In this document: positions 59,474 to 64,000 of the stretch, piece by piece
Position numbering within the stretch: the stretch's first letter is position 1
Layout of the letters: each line of letters opens with the position of its first letter
Source: Collinsella sp.
GTDB taxonomy: Bacteria > Actinomycetota > Coriobacteriia > Coriobacteriales > Coriobacteriaceae
Reading direction: 5' to 3'
Assembly: GCA_048244295.1 (NCBI GenBank)
Contig: DBFAZJ010000051.1
Coordinates: forward strand, 13,842 to 77,841
DNA: 64,000 nucleotides
Program-made: the position numbers and the translations under genes
Notes under the pieces: generated by a model
Databases searched by the model: none
The model's input: the letters and a program-made list of their open reading frames with translations, nothing else
Told to the model about the DNA's origin: nothing

Positions 59474-59719
59474 TCAATCCAATCTTGCAGGAATGAACAA
59501 TTTGAGCAACGCTTACCGTTGGAAACTCAATAGAGTAAGTTTCTTAGCCTTTATTCTATCTCCCTCTGGATGAAATCAAAACGCCCTCCTACATAAGCAA
59601 GCTCATCAGTAATATCAACGCTTGGCGAGCGTCACGCTCAGATATTACTCATCCAAGGCCATCGTCCAAAGGAATCCAATCACCCTGGGACACCAAAACG
59701 TCATCTCGGGATACAACGC

Positions 59720-61129
59720 CTAGTCAGAAACCCCATACCAAGCAACACCTTCAGACCGCCAACCAGCCGCCACGAGAGCGTCATTCTCTTCTTTGGAAAC
59801 TGTATAGTTGTGCGCCCCAGACATTGCATTCGGGTTGTATTGCCGATAGAGGACGGCCCTTTCGGCGTCGTCGGAATACCAGCCTACGCCCTCGAAGCGC
59901 CAGCCGACCGCCACGAGAGAGTCGCGCTCGGCGACGCTCATGGTGTAATGATGGTCGCCCCCAGGCACATAAGGATTGTAGAGGCGGTAGACTGGTTTAT
60001 ACGAGGTCTTAGGAGACTTCCAGCCAATACCCTCGTCAATCCAACCTACCCGCCCCAAATCGTCGCGCTCCACCTCGCTTGCCGTATAGAAATGCTCGCC
60101 TGTATAAGCGTTATAGAGCCGATACATCGTAAGGACTTCATCAGCGAGACCCGGCTTAAGGCGAACGAGCGGTCCGTCGAATTTCTCGTAAGCACGGTTT
60201 CCGTAATCGCAGCTTTGCGTCTGGAACGCCGCAGTCCATCCATAATGCCTCGGGGTTAGCCCGTCCCGAAAAGACGCGTCACTCCTAAGAAAAAATAGAT
60301 GTGGATCAGAGGATGAATCATCCCAGGTAGCGTCTACGTGGTACCAAGAGCCATCAAGCTGCACAAGATTCCAGCTGTGGTTCATATCCTTACTCACAAC
60401 GTACAGGCACCTTATCCCTACGCGATTAAGGAGCAACTTGAAAGCGAGGGAATTGCCTTGGCATACTGCAGTGCCCCTCGCCAAGCAGCCATAGGGGGTA
60501 TAGCTAGCATCGGAAAGCACCGACGAGTAGTCATATTCGCATTTCCACAAAAGGAAGTCATGGAGTGCCTGAACGACGTTGAACTCCGTCATTTCCTCGA
60601 GGTCCACCCAAGTGAGGGCCTCTTCAACCACCTTCCCGGTATCATGCTTGACTTGGGTAACCTGGGCAGCATCAACGACGTATCGCACTTTAACGGAATC
60701 AACGATCTCATCAGAATCCGCTCGACCATTGCCATTCGCATCGTAGTAGCTCAGCGTATAGCGAGGAGCCACCCAGCAGTATTCCGGGTTTGCAACCACA
60801 AGGTCAAAGGCACCCCTCACGTCCTTGGCCGTAGATTGCGTATCCGCGAGCGAGAAGCTGTCGCCAATCGCATCGTAGGTCTGCAGGAACCTGTTTAAAA
60901 CATGTTTCACCGCATCTGAGGTGTCGTTTTCTCCATCGCAATTGAGCAGTCCCACCTCGGTAGCCGGCTCGTCCACATACTCGGTGGGCAAGACGTCATC
61001 GGCCTCCACTGTACATAGTGAGCCGATTGGTTTGGCATAAGCCAGTACTGAAACAAGCGGAGAAGCAACAGCAAGGACCAAAATCACAGCTGTGAACGTC
61101 GTCCCCCTTGTGAAGACACGCCTGATCAT
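59720..61129 (-). CDS. Secreted transglutaminase-like cysteine-protease-fold protein with C-terminal DUF5648-type triple repeat
   Basis: Signal peptide; ALHDFL...EYD, AVCQG...AF..LL, HSWN.V.LDG.WYHVD.TWDD (C-H-D triad); three RLYN repeats; AGGAGG RBS. Confidence 0.88.
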   Translation of the reverse strand: MIRRVFTRGTTFTAVILVLAVASPLVSVLAYAKPIGSLCTVEADDVLPTEYVDEPATEVGLLNCDGENDTSDAVKHVLNRFLQTYDAIGDSFSLADTQSTAKDVRGAFDLVVANPEYCWVAPRYTLSYYDANGNGRADSDEIVDSVKVRYVVDAAQVTQVKHDTGKVVEEALTWVDLEEMTEFNVVQALHDFLLWKCEYDYSSVLSDASYTPYGCLARGTAVCQGNSLAFKLLLNRVGIRCLYVVSKDMNHSWNLVQLDGSWYHVDATWDDSSSDPHLFFLRSDASFRDGLTPRHYGWTAAFQTQSCDYGNRAYEKFDGPLVRLKPGLADEVLTMYRLYNAYTGEHFYTASEVERDDLGRVGWIDEGIGWKSPKTSYKPVYRLYNPYVPGGDHHYTMSVAERDSLVAVGWRFEGVGWYSDDAERAVLYRQYNPNAMSGAHNYTVSKEENDALVAAGWRSEGVAWYGVSD

Positions 61130-61308
61130 CCTTGCCTCCTATAATCGCGTTTTCTCAATACTATGGCCCCACGCCCGCTCGGAGGCTCAGCACCATAGAC
61201 CGAGTAGGCCACAGCTTTCCTTGGCCTCTGGCTTACTATTATGAACACGAGCCCTCAGCACGGGCAGCCTTTTGTTAATCGCCAGCCCACAAGGAATGGA
61301 GGATTCCA

Positions 61309-62226
61309 ATGAAATCTCGAAAATATAGGCGGCATCGAGCACGTGCGATCATACTCTGCGCAGCAATGCTTCTCCTCTCCCCCGCAACTGCCCGGGCAGC
61401 CGAGGGGAACCCTATGTGGAGAATGTACAACTTCTACTCGGGCGAGCACTTCTACACGGCCTCGACCACGGAGCGAGACAATCTTAGAAAAGCTGGATGG
61501 ACCTGTGAGAGCGTAGGCTGGATCGCCCCGACATCTGGACAGAGCGTCTATCGCCTTTACAACAGCTACGTACCGGGCGGCGATCACCACTACACCCTCA
61601 GCGCGGCCGAGCGAGACTCTCTCGTCGAAGCAGGTTGGACTTATGAGGGCGTAGGCTGGTATTCAGGTGGCAGCGTGGATCTCCTACGCCAATATAACCC
61701 CTATGCAGTCACGGGAAGCCACAATTACACAACGAGCCGACAAGAGAACGACAGCCTGGTCAATGCCGGCTGGAGAGCCGAGGGCTACGCATGGAGCGGT
61801 GTGGGATACGGGTATGCGGTCTCGGGACTCGGACCGATTCTCTCCGACAGCCAAAAGAGGCAGATTGCGGTTGACTCCGCTTGTAGCCAGATCGGCAAGC
61901 CCTATGGCAACGACAACGACGGCACGAACTGGAATTGTAGCGGGTTGACAGGCTGGGCATGGGAACACGCAGGCATCTACCTCTGGGGCGGTTCAACGGG
62001 TCAATACGAGCAGATGAAAATGACGGGGCGCTGGACCACGGACGTCGATGAGCTTCAACCCGGCGATTTGGTGTTCTATTCTTACGATGGCGGGGGCACG
62101 GTTTATCACGTCGCTATGTATATTGGAAACGGTCAAGTAGTACACGCGAACGGTTGGCGATGGGGCGTCCACACCTCGAGCATCTACTTTGACGACGGCT
62201 ATATCGGCGGCTGCTCGCCCATCTAA
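61309..62226 (+). CDS. Secreted NlpC/P60 peptidase with N-terminal DUF5648-type triple repeat
   Basis: Signal peptide; three repeats; QIGKPY, NCSGLT.WAW, LQPGDLVF, HVAMYIGNGQVVHA; GGAGG RBS. Confidence 0.92.
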   Translation: MKSRKYRRHRARAIILCAAMLLLSPATARAAEGNPMWRMYNFYSGEHFYTASTTERDNLRKAGWTCESVGWIAPTSGQSVYRLYNSYVPGGDHHYTLSAAERDSLVEAGWTYEGVGWYSGGSVDLLRQYNPYAVTGSHNYTTSRQENDSLVNAGWRAEGYAWSGVGYGYAVSGLGPILSDSQKRQIAVDSACSQIGKPYGNDNDGTNWNCSGLTGWAWEHAGIYLWGGSTGQYEQMKMTGRWTTDVDELQPGDLVFYSYDGGGTVYHVAMYIGNGQVVHANGWRWGVHTSSIYFDDGYIGGCSPI

Positions 62227-62279
62227 GACTTTGCGCCACGCACCTTAGCACCAGAACAAATACAGCTCGCTAAGACAGC

Positions 62280-62317
62280 AGATGCCTCCGGCCGTTTGGC
62301 TACCGGAGGCATCTTTT
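62280..62317 (+). terminator. Intrinsic terminator after the NlpC/P60 gene
   Basis: AGATGCCTCCGG/CCGGAGGCATCT stem followed by TTT. Confidence 0.8.
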
Positions 62318-62402
62318 CGTATATGAGCCGCAATCGGATTCTCATAGATTTAGAACGAGAAACAGCAGACAAATTGCTTGAGAACCTGAGCGAAAACACA
62401 AG

Positions 62403-63468
62403 CTACCGCAACAGACCTATGTGCTTTTTCATAAACGCCTTGGCTCGCGAGCCAATCCAGAGCGCAGCCGCGCCCCAAGCACATGACAACGAAAACGAAC
62501 AGAGGAACAAGAAGAACTCGGACCGAAGCAAAACCACAGCAGGAGCAGCGGAGAGAGTCACGATGTAGATCGCGACATGATGCATCAGGTAGAAGGGAAA
62601 ACTTAACCGCGAGGCAAAGGCAAGCACCTGATTCTTTGCACCAAATACCTTGGAAAAAATCCAAGCGAACAGCCCAAAGCACCCAACGCCCACGACGGGC
62701 ATAAGCATCTTGCCAAGAGAGCCGCCAAGAAGACTGGAAACAAACAACATAGCAAGCGAGGATACAGCGAACCCGAGATTTGGCTTCTTATCGCCAAGCA
62801 AGAGAGCAAGAAAAGAACCCGCTGCAAAACACGAAAGACCGGGAGCAAGGTAGCCTGTGAAATCAACCCAAGGAGCCATCACCGTAGCGAGAGAAATAAG
62901 CGCAGGAAAACCGACTACCGTAAGCGCACTACCAAATATAGAGCGCCTTTGGAGTCGGTAAATAATCGGGAAGAGGCTATAAAGGATTACGAGGCAACTC
63001 AGGTACCACTCGCCCACCAGATACCAGTTAGGCGAGAATGGCGATGGATAGCAACTGAAATATCCATCAATTCCAAGGAAGGTAAATATAAGTTCCATGG
63101 CCGAGCCGACTGTAAGAGTCTCCTCCCCCACAGCCCATCAACTAAAAAACGCAAGCAAATAGGCCATATAGAAAAACGGAAAAATATCTACAATCCGCCT
63201 CTTCCCATAGCGCCTGAAATCGAGCGGAGCATCGCTCGTCGTATACATGAGCACAAAGCCAGAGAGGAGGAAGAACACCGCCACTGCAGCTTGACCCAAA
63301 CCGATTCCAAAAGCCTTCATAGGCAGAAAAACGCTCGGTGCCAAGGACGCCCCATATTTCTCTGGAAGCTCAATGAGATAGTCGTTGAGGTGGTAGACAA
63401 AAAACAGCCACGGTACCCAAGACTCGTAAGGCGTCAATATAGTAAAGGCGAGGCTTCTTTGACATCAT
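62403..63468 (-). pseudogene. Acyltransferase family 3 pseudogene
   Basis: MMSKKPRLYYIDALR from ATG 63468; extra base in T6 (A6 at 63399-63404 on +); AVAVFFLLSGF...KRR; in-frame TGA 63138-63140; GEWYL...LYSLFP; SFPFYLMH. Confidence 0.85.
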
Positions 63469-63516
63469 CTCTCTATTGGGTCCCTTCAACACTTGGTCCC
63501 AGGACAGACGGGCTCA

Positions 63517-63999
63517 TTACTCCACATGCGTCTCGGGAACGATCGAGCCCTCGGCGACCTTCTTCAGGTGCTTTCCGTAGTTGGACTTGCCGTAGCGCTC
63601 GGCGCACCCCAGCAGGCGCCCGCGGTCGATCCAGCCGTTCTCGTAGGCTATCTCCTCGGGGACGGAGACCGGCAGGTCCTGGGCGCGCTCGACGGTGCGG
63701 ACGAACTCGCCGGCCTCGAAGAGCGACTCCATGGTGCCAGTGTCGAGCCAGGCGTAGCCGCGGCCCAGGGTCTCTACGGAGAGCTCGCCGGACTCCAGGT
63801 ACATCCTGTTGAGGTCGGTGATCTCGTACTCGCCGCGGGCGGAGGGCTCCACGCGGGCCGCCCGCTCGCAGACGTCGCCCGGGTAGAAGTAGAGGCCCGT
63901 CACGGCGTAGCTCGACTTGGGGCGCTCGGGCTTCTCCTCGATGGAGACGGCGTTGTAGTCGGAGTCGAACTCCACGACCCCGAAGCGCTCGGGGTCGTC
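63517..63999 (-). CDS. rmlA: Glucose-1-phosphate thymidylyltransferase, C-terminal part
   Basis: DPERFGVVEF, IEEKP..PKS.YAVTGLYFY, SARGEYEITD, GRGYAWLDTGT, PEEIAY..GWI, YG. Confidence 0.96.
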   Translation of the reverse strand, partial: DDPERFGVVEFDSDYNAVSIEEKPERPKSSYAVTGLYFYPGDVCERAARVEPSARGEYEITDLNRMYLESGELSVETLGRGYAWLDTGTMESLFEAGEFVRTVERAQDLPVSVPEEIAYENGWIDRGRLLGCAERYGKSNYGKHLKKVAEGSIVPETHVE

Positions 64000-64000
64000 C

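Noticed and set aside
62296..62568. Small plus-strand ORF after NlpC/P60
   Set aside because: It starts inside the terminator hairpin and overlaps the antisense of the acyltransferase pseudogene.

Overview
This is a GC-rich bacterial window, most likely from a Coriobacteriia/Atopobiaceae-type actinobacterium (inferred from codon style, the RmlC-RmlD fusion and gene content). Bases 1-6.4 kb are backbone: a NUDIX hydrolase end, a decayed LTA-synthase-family gene, a GH3 glucosidase, a GtrA-like protein, a bidirectional 30-bp repeat array and desulfoferrodoxin. From about 6.5 kb to the window end lies one large mosaic cell-surface glycan locus. It holds dTDP-rhamnose genes (rmlA, rmlB, rmlC-D), two 4-amino-6-deoxyhexose transaminases (VioA-like, WecE-like), about a dozen glycosyltransferases including a GT2-DUF4422-GT8 fusion, two Wzx flippases, three polyprenyl-phosphate GT2s and three GT-C-type membrane proteins. 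It also holds LicD with a PLP-enzyme/cytidylyltransferase cassette, a pyruvyltransferase/FrhB-like pair and two ATP-grasp ligases. Six exported cell-wall enzymes are interleaved. Five share the same three-repeat 'RLYNP..G.H.YT' (DUF5648-type) module on five different catalytic domains, which suggests an anchoring system binding the glycan made by the locus. Several genes carry exact lesions (stops, frameshifts, an ATA in place of a start ATG) and one GT has an in-frame G9 tract. No rRNA, tRNA, CRISPR array or intact mobile element was seen. All family calls are by motif recognition only; no searches were run.
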